DNA of 64,000 nucleotides, taken from NCBI GenBank assembly GCA_951406725.2, contig OX597818.1:51212001-51276000 (forward strand). The letters run 5' to 3'. How positions within the stretch are numbered: position 1 is the first letter of the stretch; the number at the start of each line of letters is the position of its first letter. The position numbers were made by a program, and so were the translations under genes. Source of the DNA: Octopus vulgaris. Taxonomy: Eukaryota. Below the pieces are notes generated by a model. That model was not told the origin of the DNA, searched no databases, and was given only the letters and a program-made list of their open reading frames with translations. Below are positions 12,745-23,896 of the stretch, one piece after another.

Positions 12745-14935
12745 TATACACCGGGCTTCTTTCAGTTTCAGTCTACCAAATCCACTTACAAGGCTCTGGC
12801 CAGCCCGAGGCTATAGTAGAAGATACTTCCCCAAGGTGCCACGCTGTGGGACTGAACCCTGAACCATGTGGTTGGTAAGCAAGCTTCTTACCACACAGCC
12901 ATGCCTGCGCCTATGTTGGTGTGCTGCAGAACTAGTCCAAGAACTTTTTGAACGTATTACATACTTCCCAAGCCTGCCATTTATTACATTTCACTATTTT
13001 TTCTTAGTTTATCAAGACTGGTTCAAACCCAAAAGATACTGGCCACTGTAATGTACATCATAGGAGAATAACTTCTCTCTTTTACAACAGCTGTGTGTCC
13101 AACACACCCGGCTCATTGGTGCACAGGATTCTGGAACACTGGTGCTGCCACATGTTGTGTCTAATCGTCAGAAGTACCTGGACCTTTGAGACACATGTTA
13201 TGACACATGTTGAAAAACTGATTTTTTTATTTGTTTTTGTTTCAGTCATTTGACTGCGGTCATGCTGGAGCACCTATTTATTTCTTTACTACCCACAAGG
13301 GACTAAACACAGAGAGGACAAACAAGGACAGACAAGCAGATTAAGTCGATTACATTGATCCCAGTGCGTAACTGGTACTTATTTAATCGACCCCGAAAGG
13401 ATGAAAGGCAAAGTCGACCTCAGCAGAATTTGAACTCCGAACGGAGCGGCAGACGAAATGCCGCTAAGCATTTCACCCGGCGTGCTAACGTTTCTGCCAG
13501 CTCGCCGCCTTATGTGGCCATGCTGGAGCACCGCCTCTAGTCAAACAAATCGACCCCAGGGCTTATTCTTTTGTAAGCCTAGTACTTATTCTATCGGTCT
13601 CTTTTGCCGAACCGCTAAGTTACGGGGACGTAAACACACCAACATCGGTTGACAAGCGACGGTGGTGGGGACAAACACAGACACACACACACAAATATGT
13701 ACATATATATTTATATATATATTCACTCACAAGTCTTTGGTTGGCCTGAGGTTATATAGTAGAAGACACTTGCCGAAGGTGTCATGCAGTGGGACTGAAC
13801 CCGGAGCCATGTGGTTGGTAAGCAAGCTTCTTACCACACAGCCATGCCTGCGCCTATGTTGGTGTGCTGCAGAACTAGTCCAAGAACTTTTGAACGTATT
13901 ACATACTTCCCAAGCCTGCCATGTATTACATTTCACTTGCATTTTTTCTTAGTTTATCAAGACTGGTTCTGAGACGTAATGAGAATGAATATGCAGGCGT
14001 TCGTCCAGATCTTGTATTCAGGGCAAATAATTGTAAGGGAGATAACTCTTGCATTACTTCTTAGCAAACGTATTTTATAGGTTTATTTTTTATCATTTCA
14101 TTTGTTTTACTTGTTTCATATTTCTTAATTACCCACAAGGGGTTAAACACAGAGAGGACAAACAAGGACAGACAAAGGGATTAAGTCGATTACATCGACC
14201 CCAGTGCGTAACTGGTACTTAATTTATCGACACATGTGAAAAACATTTTTAGTCGACCTCGGCGGATTTGACTGCGGTCATGCTGGAGCACCTATTTATT
14301 TCTTTACTACCCACAAGGGACTAAACACAGAGAGGACAAACAAGGACAGACAAGCAGATTAAGTCGATTACATTGATCCCAGTGCGTAACTGGTACTTAT
14401 TTAATCGACTTCGAAAGGATGAACGACAAAGTCGGCCTCGGCGGAATTTGAACTCAGAACGTAGCGGCAGACGAAATACGGCTACGCATTTCGCCCAGCG
14501 TGATAACGTGTCTGCCAGCTCGCCACCTTGACATCTTACTTCTTTCAGTCATCAAACTGTGGCCATACTGGAGCACCGCCTCTAGTCAAACAAATCGACC
14601 CCAGGGCTTATTCTTTTGTAAGCCTAGTACTTATTCTATCGGTCTCTTTTGCCGAACCGCTAAGTTAAGAGGACGTAAACACACCAACATCGGTTGACAG
14701 GCAGCGGTGGTGGGGACAAACACAGACAAGCACACACACACACACATACACAGATATAAAATGGGCTTCTTTCAGTTTCCATTTGCTAAATCGATTCACG
14801 AGGACAGCTGATGAAAGCTGATGAATACTTACCACTATACTACCGAGGACAACTGATGAAACCTTTTACTTACAAATACCAAATAAATATATTAAAACGC
14901 TTTAGCTTAAAATGTTTGCAATAAAGTTAAGATGC

Positions 14936-15007
14936 CTCCCCGGCGGGGAATCGAACCCCGGTCTCCCGCGTGACAGGCGGGGATACTTACCACTATACTA
15001 CCGAGGA
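14936..15007 (-). tRNA. tRNA-Asp(GUC) copy 1
   Basis: TCCTCGGTAGTATAGTGGTAAGTATCCCCGCCTGTCACGCGGGAGACCGGGGTTCGATTCCCCGCCGGGGAG; canonical cloverleaf, anticodon GTC. Confidence 0.96.
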
Positions 15008-15093
15008 CAGCTGATGAAACCTTTTACTTATAAATATCAAATAAATATATTAAAAAGTTTTAGTTTTAAATGTTTGCAATGAAATTACGATGC

Positions 15094-15165
15094 CTCCCCG
15101 GCGGGGAATCGAACACCGGTCTCCCGCGTGACAGGCGGGGATACTTACCACTATACTACCGAGGA
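15094..15165 (-). tRNA. tRNA-Asp(GUC) copy 2, T-stem substitution
   Basis: One mismatch to array consensus. Confidence 0.85.
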
Positions 15166-15251
15166 CAGCTGATGAAACCTTTTACTTATAAATATCAAAT
15201 AAATATATTAAAAAGTTTTAGTTTAAAATATTTGCAATAAAATTACGATGC

Positions 15252-15323
15252 CTCCCCGGCGGGGAATCGAACCCCGGTCTCCCGCGTGACAGGCGGGGAT
15301 ACTTACCACTATACTACCGAGGA
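15252..15323 (-). tRNA. tRNA-Asp(GUC) copy 3
   Basis: Consensus copy. Confidence 0.95.
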
Positions 15324-15409
15324 CAGCTGATGAAACCTTTTACTTACAAATATCAAATAAATATATTAAAAAGTTTTAGTTTTAAATATTTGCAATGAAA
15401 TTACGATGC

Positions 15410-15481
15410 CTCCCCGGCGGGGAATCGAACCCCGGTCTCCCGCGTGACAGGCGGGGATACTTACCACTATACTACCGAGGA
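15410..15481 (-). tRNA. tRNA-Asp(GUC) copy 4
   Basis: Consensus copy. Confidence 0.95.
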
Positions 15482-15567
15482 CAGCAGATGAAACCTTTTA
15501 CTTATAAATATCAAATAAATATATTAAAAAGTTTTAGTTTTACATATTTGCAATAAAATTACGATGC

Positions 15568-15639
15568 CTCCCCAGCGGGGATTCGAACCCCGGTCTCCCG
15601 CGTGACAGGCGGGGATACTTACCACTATACTACCGAGGA
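15568..15639 (-). tRNA. tRNA-Asp(GUC) copy 5, two substitutions
   Basis: Acceptor-stem and T-loop variants. Confidence 0.88.
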
Positions 15640-15725
15640 CAGCTGATGAAAGCTTTTACTTATAAATATCAAATAAATATATTAAAAAGTTTTAGTTTTA
15701 AATATTTGCAATAAAATTACGATGC

Positions 15726-15797
15726 CTCCCCAGCGGGGAATCGAACCCCGGTCTCCCGCGTGACAGGCGGGGATACTTACCACTATACTACCGAGGA
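15726..15797 (-). tRNA. tRNA-Asp(GUC) copy 6, acceptor-stem variant
   Basis: One substitution. Confidence 0.9.
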
Positions 15798-15883
15798 CAG
15801 CTGATGAAACCATTTACTTATAAATATCAAATAATTATATTAAAAAGTTTTAGTTTAAAATGTTTGCAATAAAATTAAGATGC

Positions 15884-15955
15884 CTCCCCGGCGGGGAATC
15901 GAACCCCGGTCTCCCGCGTGACAGGCGGGGATACTTACCACTATACTACCGAGGA
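15884..15955 (-). tRNA. tRNA-Asp(GUC) copy 7
   Basis: Consensus copy. Confidence 0.95.
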
Positions 15956-15992
15956 CAGCTGATGAAATCTTTTACTTATAAATATCAAATAA

Positions 15993-17960
15993 TGTGAAAG
16001 TGACACCGACACTACTCTCGAATCACAACATGGTAGAGCTGACCATGTACGGGCCAAAGGAAAGCATGGACATGCAGTCTACAAGAAACTCTCAGAATCT
16101 TTCTAGCTTGAACTTCCATAAGGCAAACTGGAAACAAATTGAGAAAGAGATCCTCAAACAAAACTTGCCTGAATGTCTCTCCTCGCCAGACATCGACATG
16201 AAACTTCAACAATTCATGTCTGTAATGCAAGCCATATGCTACAAATGTGTCCCAGAGAGAAAGGCCACTGTACACAAGAACAAAATCCCCAGAGAGAAGA
16301 AAATTCTAATGAGACGGCGTACAAATGTTTCAAATCGCCTAAACAAACAAATTGAAAGCAGTGAAAAGTCCCGCCTGAAAATAAAACTGTTGGAAATTGA
16401 AAAATGTCTGTAATTCTCCCATGAAAGAGAAAGAGCAGACAAAGAAGCCTGGGCTATAGACAACATAAAATCTAACCCCAGAGCTTTCTACAGGTATGCC
16501 AAAGAAACAGCTACGGTGCACTGTAGGATAGGGCCACTCCTTGAAAAGGATGGCACACTCACAGGAAATCCAATGAGGATAAGTGAAATACTAAGTGAGC
16601 AATTCAAGAGTATTTTCACTTCCACCCCTAGGGCATTTTCAAGTAAGCAATCCTTCTAAAAGTATGTAAGAGAGTCCTAGCAAGACCACTGCAGTTCCTC
16701 TTTCAGAGCTTCCTTACAACTGGCAAACTTCCAAGAAAACTGAAGGAAGGTAAAATATGCCCTATTCATAAAGGAGGTAGCAGAGCGGAGGCCAAGAACT
16801 ACAGACCTATCTCTCTGACCTCACATATCAGCAAGGTCATGGAATGATATGTCACAAACTGCGTGATCTTGGCATAGTTGGAAAATTGGGCGAATGGCTT
16901 CATGACTTTCTGAAGTATAGAAGCCATCTGGTAGTAGCCAATGGAGCCACTTCCATTAACACGCAAATAGTGAGCGGTGTTCCGCAAGGCACTGCTTTGG
17001 GACCACTACTATTCATAATGGCCCTCTCAGACATGCCCTCAGCCACGCAGAGAGCCACGATCACAAGTTATGCAGGTGATACAAAAGTTTCACAGGTAAT
17101 AGAAACCCTGAAGACACTATGCACCTGCAAGGTGAGCTGGACAAAATATACAAGTGGGCTGAAAAGAATAGCATGCAGTTCAATGCAGAAAAGTTTCAAG
17201 CTTTATGCTATCAGCACGCAAAACTAAATGTAATACCCAATAAATACACTGGACCTGGAGGGATTGCGATCCCAGAGGGACAATCAGTGCGAGACCTGGG
17301 TATTTACATGAGTAATGATGCAACCTTTCATGTGCATGTTGCTAAATTGGCAATGAAATGGAGGCGACTGACCGGATGGATTCTTAGAACCTTTAGAGCA
17401 AGAGATCAGGAAACCATGATGGTCCTCTAGAGGACACTTGTCCTAAGCCACTTTGACTATTGCTCTCAGCTATGGTCACCATCCAGTGTCAAGTTAATCA
17501 CAGAACTTGAGGCGATCCAGCGAAGCTACATGAAAATGACAGCCTCTGTGCAGCATATAAGCTACTGGGAAAGACTCAAGACATTAAGACTATTCCTTAG
17601 AGCGTAGGCGAGAAAGATATGCCATAATATACATCTGGAAGATCCTAGAAGGACTTGTCCCAAACTTTGGCATTGAGAGTTACACAAATACTAGAACTGG
17701 GCGCCTCTGCATAGTGCCAAGGACTCCAAATTTGCCATCAAGATGAGTTGCCATTTGGTGCATGAGAGAGTTCGAAGCAGCTGCCTTCATCTGCACCTCC
17801 TGCCGTGAAATTGGTTCACGGCAGGAGGTGCCGTGAACCTCCTCAATGGCAATTGCTAAAAAGCATTCGTGAAGCAAAATCATGTAGCAACACCAAATGG
17901 CGGTACCCCAGCATGGCCACAGCTCGTGAGCTGAAACTAGATAAAATAAAATAAATAAAT
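15993..17960 (+). mobile_element. 5'-truncated, internally deleted CR1-group LINE (RT pseudogene) inserted in the tRNA array
   Basis: Broken frames give NFHKANW, NPRAFYRY, NYRPISLTS, SGVPQGTALGPLLF, YAGDTK (degenerate YADD), RDLG, DYCSQLWSP; ends in an (ATAAA)n tail. Confidence 0.9.
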
Positions 17961-18120
17961 CAAATATTAAAATGTTTGCAAACCCCGGTCTCCCGCGTGA
18001 CAGGCGGGGATACTTACCACTATACTACCGAGGACAACTGATGAAACCTTTTACTTATAAATATCAAATAAACATATTAAAAAGTTTTAGTTTTAAATGT
18101 TTGCAATAAAATTACGATGC

Positions 18121-18192
18121 CTCCCCAGCGTGGAATCGAACCCCGGTCTCCCGCGTGACAGGCGGGGATACTTACCACTATACTACCGAGGA
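18121..18192 (-). tRNA. tRNA-Asp(GUC) copy 8, two substitutions
   Basis: Acceptor- and T-stem variants. Confidence 0.85.
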
Positions 18193-18278
18193 CAGCTGAT
18201 GAAACCTTTTACTTATAAATATCAAATAAATATATTAAAAAGTTCTAGTTTTACATATTTGCAATATAATTACGATGC

Positions 18279-18350
18279 CTCCCCGGCGGGAAATCGAACC
18301 CCGGTCTCCCGCGTGACAGGCGGGGATACTTACCACTATACTACCGAGGA
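18279..18350 (-). tRNA. tRNA-Asp(GUC) copy 9, B-box variant
   Basis: One substitution. Confidence 0.85.
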
Positions 18351-18436
18351 CAGCTGATGAAACCTTTTACTTATAAATATCAAATAAATATATTAAAAAG
18401 TTTTAGTTTTAAATGTTTGCAATAAAATTACGATGC

Positions 18437-18509
18437 CTCCCCGGCGGGGAATCGAACCCCAGTCTCCCGCGTGACAGGCGGGGGATACTTACCACTATAC
18501 TACCGAGGA
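18437..18509 (-). tRNA. tRNA-Asp(GUC) copy 10, substitution plus 1-nt insertion
   Basis: Variant copy. Confidence 0.8.
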
Positions 18510-18595
18510 CAGCTGATGAAACCTTTTACTTATAAATATCAAATAAATATATTAAAAAGTTTTAGTTTTAAATGTTTGCAATAAAATTAACATAC

Positions 18596-18667
18596 CTCCC
18601 CGGCGGGGAATCGAACCCCGGTCTCCCGCGTGACAGGCGGGGATACTTACCACTATACTACCGAGGA
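18596..18667 (-). tRNA. tRNA-Asp(GUC) copy 11
   Basis: Consensus copy. Confidence 0.95.
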
Positions 18668-18753
18668 CAGCTGATGAAACCTTTTACTTATAAATATCAA
18701 ATAAATATATTAAAAAGTTTTAGTTTTAAATGTTTGCAATAAAATTAACATGC

Positions 18754-18825
18754 CTCCCCGGCGGGGAATCGAACCCCGGTCTCCCGCGTGACAGGCGGGG
18801 ATACTTACCACTATACTACCGAGGA
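18754..18825 (-). tRNA. tRNA-Asp(GUC) copy 12
   Basis: Consensus copy. Confidence 0.95.
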
Positions 18826-18911
18826 CAGCTGATGAAACCTTTTACTTATAAATATCAAATAAATATATTAAAAAGTTTTAGTTTAAAATGTTTGCAATAA
18901 AATTAAGATAC

Positions 18912-18983
18912 CTCCCCGGCGGGGAATCGAACCCCGGTCTCCCGCGTGACAGGCGGGGATACTTACCACTATACTACCGAGGA
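18912..18983 (-). tRNA. tRNA-Asp(GUC) copy 13
   Basis: Consensus copy. Confidence 0.95.
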
Positions 18984-19069
18984 CAGCTGACGAAACCTTT
19001 TACTTATAAATATCAAATAAATATATTAAAAAGTTTTAGTTTTAAATATTTGCAATTGAATTGCAATGC

Positions 19070-19141
19070 CTCCCCGGCGGGGAATCGAACCCCGGTCTCC
19101 CGCGTGACAGGCGGGGATACTTACCACTATACTACCGAGGA
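19070..19141 (-). tRNA. tRNA-Asp(GUC) copy 14
   Basis: Consensus copy. Confidence 0.95.
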
Positions 19142-19227
19142 CAGCTGATGAAACCTTTTACTTATAAATATCAAATAAATATATTAAAAAGTTTTAGTTT
19201 AAAATGTTTGCAATAAAATTAACATAC

Positions 19228-19299
19228 CTCCCCGGCGGGGAATCGAACCCCGGTCTCCCGCGTGACAGGCGGGGATACTTACCACTATACTACCGAGGA
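19228..19299 (-). tRNA. tRNA-Asp(GUC) copy 15
   Basis: Consensus copy. Confidence 0.95.
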
Positions 19300-19385
19300 C
19301 AGCTGATGAAACCTTTTACTTATAAATATCAAATAAATATATTAAAAAGTTTTAGTTTAAAATGTTTGCAATAAAATTAACATAC

Positions 19386-19457
19386 CTCCCCGGCGGGGAA
19401 TCGAACCCCGGTCTCCCGCGTGACAGGCGGGGATACTTACCACTATACTACCGAGGA
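19386..19457 (-). tRNA. tRNA-Asp(GUC) copy 16
   Basis: Consensus copy. Confidence 0.95.
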
Positions 19458-19543
19458 CAGCTGATGAAACCTTTTACTTATAAATATCAAATAAATATAT
19501 TAAAAAGTTTTAGTTTAAAATGTTTGCAATAAAATTAATATAC

Positions 19544-19615
19544 CTCCCCGGCGGGGAATCGAACCCCGGTCTCCCGCGTGACAGGCGGGGATACTTACCA
19601 CTATACTACCGAGGA
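19544..19615 (-). tRNA. tRNA-Asp(GUC) copy 17
   Basis: Consensus copy. Confidence 0.95.
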
Positions 19616-19701
19616 CAGCTGATGAAACCTTTTACTTATAAATATCAAATAAATATATTAAAAAGTTTTAGTTTAAAATGTTTGCAATAAAATTAACATA
19701 C

Positions 19702-19773
19702 CTCCCCGGCGGGGAATCGAACCCCGGTCTCCCGCGTGACAGGCGGGGATACTTACCACTATACTACCGAGGA
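19702..19773 (-). tRNA. tRNA-Asp(GUC) copy 18
   Basis: Consensus copy. Confidence 0.95.
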
Positions 19774-19859
19774 CAGCTGATGAAACCTTTTACTTATAAA
19801 TATCAAATAAATATATTAAAAAGTTTTAGTTTAAAATGTTTGCAATAAAATTAAGATGC

Positions 19860-19931
19860 CTCCCCGGCGGGGAATCGAACCCCGGTCTCCCGCGTGACAG
19901 GCGGGGATACTTACCACTATACTACCGAGGA
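19860..19931 (-). tRNA. tRNA-Asp(GUC) copy 19
   Basis: Consensus copy. Confidence 0.95.
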
Positions 19932-20017
19932 CAGCTGATGAAACCTTTTACTTATAAATATCAAATAAATATATTAAAAAGTTTTAGTTTAAAATGTTTG
20001 CAATAAAATTAACATAC

Positions 20018-20089
20018 CTCCCCGGCGGGGAATCGAACCCCGGTCTCCCGCGTGACAGGCGGGGATACTTACCACTATACTACCGAGGA
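20018..20089 (-). tRNA. tRNA-Asp(GUC) copy 20
   Basis: Consensus copy. Confidence 0.95.
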
Positions 20090-20174
20090 CAGCTGATGAA
20101 ACCTTTTACTTATAAATATCAAATAAATATATTAAAAAGTTTAGTTTAAAATGTTTGCAATAAAATTAACATAC

Positions 20175-20246
20175 CTCCCCGGCGGGGAATCGAACCCCGG
20201 TCTCCCGCGTGACAGGCGGGGATACTTACCACTATACTACCGAGGA
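20175..20246 (-). tRNA. tRNA-Asp(GUC) copy 21
   Basis: Consensus copy. Confidence 0.95.
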
Positions 20247-20332
20247 CAGCTGATGAAACCTTTTACTTATAAATATCAAATAAATATATTAAAAAGTTTT
20301 AGTTTAAAATGTTTGCAATAAAATTAACATAC

Positions 20333-20404
20333 CTCCCCGGCGGGGAATCGAACCCCGGTCTCCCGCGTGACAGGCGGGGATACTTACCACTATACTACCG
20401 AGGA
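20333..20404 (-). tRNA. tRNA-Asp(GUC) copy 22
   Basis: Consensus copy. Confidence 0.95.
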
Positions 20405-20515
20405 CAGCTGATGAAGCCTTTTACTTATAAATATCAAATAAGGTGAAAGTGACACCGACACTACTCTCGGATCACAACATGGTAGAGCTGACCATGTACG
20501 TGCCAAAGGAAAGCA

Positions 20516-22050
20516 TCTATCTATCTGGAAACCTGGACCGAACCAGATCACTAGCAATTTGACCGGGCCCTCCGTCCAGCATCCCACAATTCTATTCGAA
20601 GGCATCGACTTGCCAACCCAGGTGCCGAGTTGCAAGCTAACTGACTTTTCCCGGTTAATTTTTGTTCCTGTCACCGCCTCGTACTCCTTGATGGTGTCTC
20701 CTACATTCTGTAGGAGTTCCACCTTGGTCGCGATGATGGTGATGTCGTGCGCATACGCTGTAACAGATCCTCCTCCTCCTGGATTCGTCGGGATGACGCT
20801 CAGCTTTCGCAGTAATGGCTCGAGAGCCATCACGTATAAAAGCGGGGAGACGGACACCCTTGATGAACTGACCGTTTAATGCGGAACGGCCTAGAAAGTA
20901 GACCGTTCACCCCAACGATCGAGTTGATGTTGTCGTACAACTGTATAAACCACCTGAGGAAACCAGTACCCAGCCCGAACTGTGCGAGCACAGACACCAG
21001 GTAACGATGGTTCAACCTATCGAAAGCTTTACTCTGGTCTAAATGGACTAGTGCCCCACCCTTGCCAGAGTTATTCCCGAACCCTTATACGGTGTAACGT
21101 ATAAGGTGAAGATTATCCTGAATAGTTCTTCCGGAGACTGCACACCTTTGTGCCTCCTCGATCAGACCATCCGCGACACGCGTCAACCTTTTCGTTAACA
21201 CCTTGGCCAAAATCTTCACCTCCGCGTTCAGCAGGGTGATGGGCCTAAAATTATCTATTCTATTCCCCTTGTTCGGGTCCTTCCTGATCAGCGTCAACAC
21301 TCCCCGGCGTACAGATCTGGGAATCCTCCCATTCTGATTCCAGTTCGCGAAAATGCTGGCCAGTATTGGCCCGAACAAGTCTGGTATAGTTTTATATAGT
21401 TCGTAGGATAAACCATCGAGTCCCGGCGCCTTACCTCTGCCACAGTCGGCTATGGCCTCAGTCACCTCCTCAGGCGTGATTGGCCCTTCACAGCTCTCCG
21501 CTTACCGCCCCGAGAGGCGCGGCAGCCCGGCGAGGAAGTCCGTAAGGTCCACCCTCTCATCCGGTCCACCTTCACCCCCGAAAAGCTTGGCGAAAACTCC
21601 TGAAAGGTCCGACACATCTCCTCGGGTTCGTTTACCACATCGCCCTTCTCGTGTGGAATCGTTTCCGCGTTGAGCCTCCACAACTTGTGCCCATCCGGCG
21701 GCCTTAATTCCCTCGCACCCCATTGCACGAACTCTAGCTCTGACGATACAACCCATGTGCTTGGCTTCGAGTTGCTGGTTTAATTCCAGTCTCTTCACCC
21801 TCACCTGGGTCCCGTCGCCAGATTTTATGGCTTCCTCTAAGGCCTTAAGTAGCCCCTCTTCTTTCTTACGGCTTCTATTTGCTAGTCCTATACAATATCT
21901 AATGGACTCGTATTTTATGGCTCTCTTGAGCGCTAACCACCATTTATTGTTAAGAATGGAACAGGTTAACGCCATCTAAATTAGTAACCTAATCCGGCTT
22001 CTCCACTCTTCAATCGCCAAAAGGGACTTATTGAATTTCCAGTAACGGAT
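20516..22050 (-). mobile_element. L1/Tx1-clade non-LTR retrotransposon ORF2 fragment (frameshifted RT) in the tRNA array
   Basis: YWKFN, GKAPGLDGLSYELY, NFRPITLLNAEVKILAKVL, LDQSKAFDR, SVHQGCP/SPLLYVMALEPLL, AYAHDI (degenerate YADD), KINREKS; GC-richer than the host. Confidence 0.88.
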
Positions 22051-22560
22051 CCTTTTCTACACTATACTTCTCTGGACAGCTGAGCCATGGTCACCATCCG
22101 CGTGTCAGGGTGATAAATGGATCAAGTAAAATTATCTATTAACTAATATCCCCTTTAGTTTAGGGTCTTGTGCAGCATAATAATTAACACTCCCCGGCCC
22201 CGAATCTGGAAGAACCCTCGCTCTGATTCCCGCGTTCGCGACAGTGGAGCGTAGGCTGGCCAGATACTTGGCCACTAATGCTACTACTGAACTGGACAGT
22301 AGTTTTGGAAGCCTTTTTAGTCTCCTATAAACTTTGGATCAAACACTATCGACACTATTGACTAGAACTGGGCGCCTTTCATAGTTTAGCCAACTATGGC
22401 TGTTTGCAATCAAGAAATTAACACCTACCCTCCCCGGCGTGAGAATTCAAGCAGCTCTCATTCTTCACCGAGGACAGCTGATGAAACCTTTTACTTATAA
22501 ATATCAAATAAATATATTAAAAAGTTTTAGTTTAAAATGTTTGCAATAAAATTAACATAC

Positions 22561-22632
22561 CTCCCCGGCGGGGAATCGAACCCCGGTCTCCCGCGTGACA
22601 GGCGGGGATACTTACCACTATACTACCGAGGA
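22561..22632 (-). tRNA. tRNA-Asp(GUC) copy 23
   Basis: Consensus copy. Confidence 0.95.
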
Positions 22633-22718
22633 CAGCTGATGAAACCTTTTACTTATAAATATCAAATAAATATATTAAAAAGTTTTAGTTTAAAATGTTT
22701 GCAATAAAATTAACATAC

Positions 22719-22790
22719 CTCCCCGGCGGGGAATCGAACCCCGGTCTCCCGCGTGACAGGCGGGGATACTTACCACTATACTACCGAGGA
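22719..22790 (-). tRNA. tRNA-Asp(GUC) copy 24
   Basis: Consensus copy. Confidence 0.95.
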
Positions 22791-22877
22791 CAGCTGATGA
22801 AACCTTTTACTTATAAATATCAAATAAATATATTAAAAAGTTTTAGTTTTAAATGTTTGCAATAAAAATTACGATGC

Positions 22878-22949
22878 CTCCCCGGCGGGGAATCGAACCC
22901 CGGTCTCCCGCGTGACAGGCGGGGATACTTACCACTATACTACCGAGGA
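22878..22949 (-). tRNA. tRNA-Asp(GUC) copy 25
   Basis: Consensus copy. Confidence 0.95.
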
Positions 22950-23035
22950 CAGCTGATGAAACCTTTTACTTATAAATATCAAATAAATATATTAAAAAGT
23001 TTTAGTTTAAAATGTTTGCAATAAAATTAACATAC

Positions 23036-23107
23036 CTCCCCGGCGGGGAATCGAACCCCGGTCTCCCGCGTGACAGGCGGGGATACTTACCACTATACTA
23101 CCGAGGA
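23036..23107 (-). tRNA. tRNA-Asp(GUC) copy 26
   Basis: Consensus copy. Confidence 0.95.
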
Positions 23108-23193
23108 CAGCTGATGAAACCTTTTACTTATAAATATCAAATAAATATATTAAAAAGTTTTAGTTTAAAATGTTTGCAATAAAATTAACATAC

Positions 23194-23265
23194 CTCCCCG
23201 GCGGGGAATCGAACCCCGGTCTCCCGCGTGACAGGCGGGGATACTTACCACTATACTACCGAGGA
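23194..23265 (-). tRNA. tRNA-Asp(GUC) copy 27
   Basis: Consensus copy. Confidence 0.95.
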
Positions 23266-23351
23266 CAGCTGATGAAACCTTTTACTTATAAATATCAAAT
23301 AAATATATTAAAAAGTTTTAGTTTTAAATGTTTGCAATAAAATTAACATAC

Positions 23352-23423
23352 CTCCCCGGCGGGGAATCGAACCCCGGTCTCCCGCGTGACAGGCGGGGAT
23401 ACTTACCACTATACTACCGAGGA
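23352..23423 (-). tRNA. tRNA-Asp(GUC) copy 28
   Basis: Consensus copy. Confidence 0.95.
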
Positions 23424-23509
23424 CAGCTGATGAAACCTTTTACTTATAAATATCAAATAAATATATTAAAAAGTTTTAGTTTTAAATGTTTGCAATAAAA
23501 TTAAGATGC

Positions 23510-23580
23510 CTCCCGGCGGGGAATCGAACCCCGGTCTCCCGCGTGACAGGCGGGGATACTTACCACTATACTACCGAGGA
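23510..23580 (-). tRNA. tRNA-Asp(GUC) copy 29, 1-nt homopolymer deletion
   Basis: Variant or sequencing error. Confidence 0.8.
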
Positions 23581-23666
23581 CAGCTGATGAAACCTTTTAC
23601 TTATAAATATCAAATAAATATATTAAAAAGTTTTAGTTTTAAATGTTTGCAATAAAATTAACATAA

Positions 23667-23737
23667 CTCCCCGGAGGGGAATCGAACCCGGTCTCCCGCG
23701 TGACAGGCGGGGATACTTACCACTATACTACCGAGGA
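23667..23737 (-). tRNA. tRNA-Asp(GUC) copy 30, substitution plus 1-nt deletion
   Basis: Variant, possibly a pseudogene. Confidence 0.75.
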
Positions 23738-23824
23738 CAGCTGATGAAACCTTTTACTTATAAATATCAAATAAATATATTAAAAAGTTTTAGTTTTAAA
23801 ATGTTTGCAATAAAATTAACATAC

Positions 23825-23896
23825 CTCCCCGGCGGGGAATCGAACCCCGGTCTCCCGCGTGACAGGCGGGGATACTTACCACTATACTACCGAGGA
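23825..23896 (-). tRNA. tRNA-Asp(GUC) copy 31
   Basis: Consensus copy. Confidence 0.95.
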
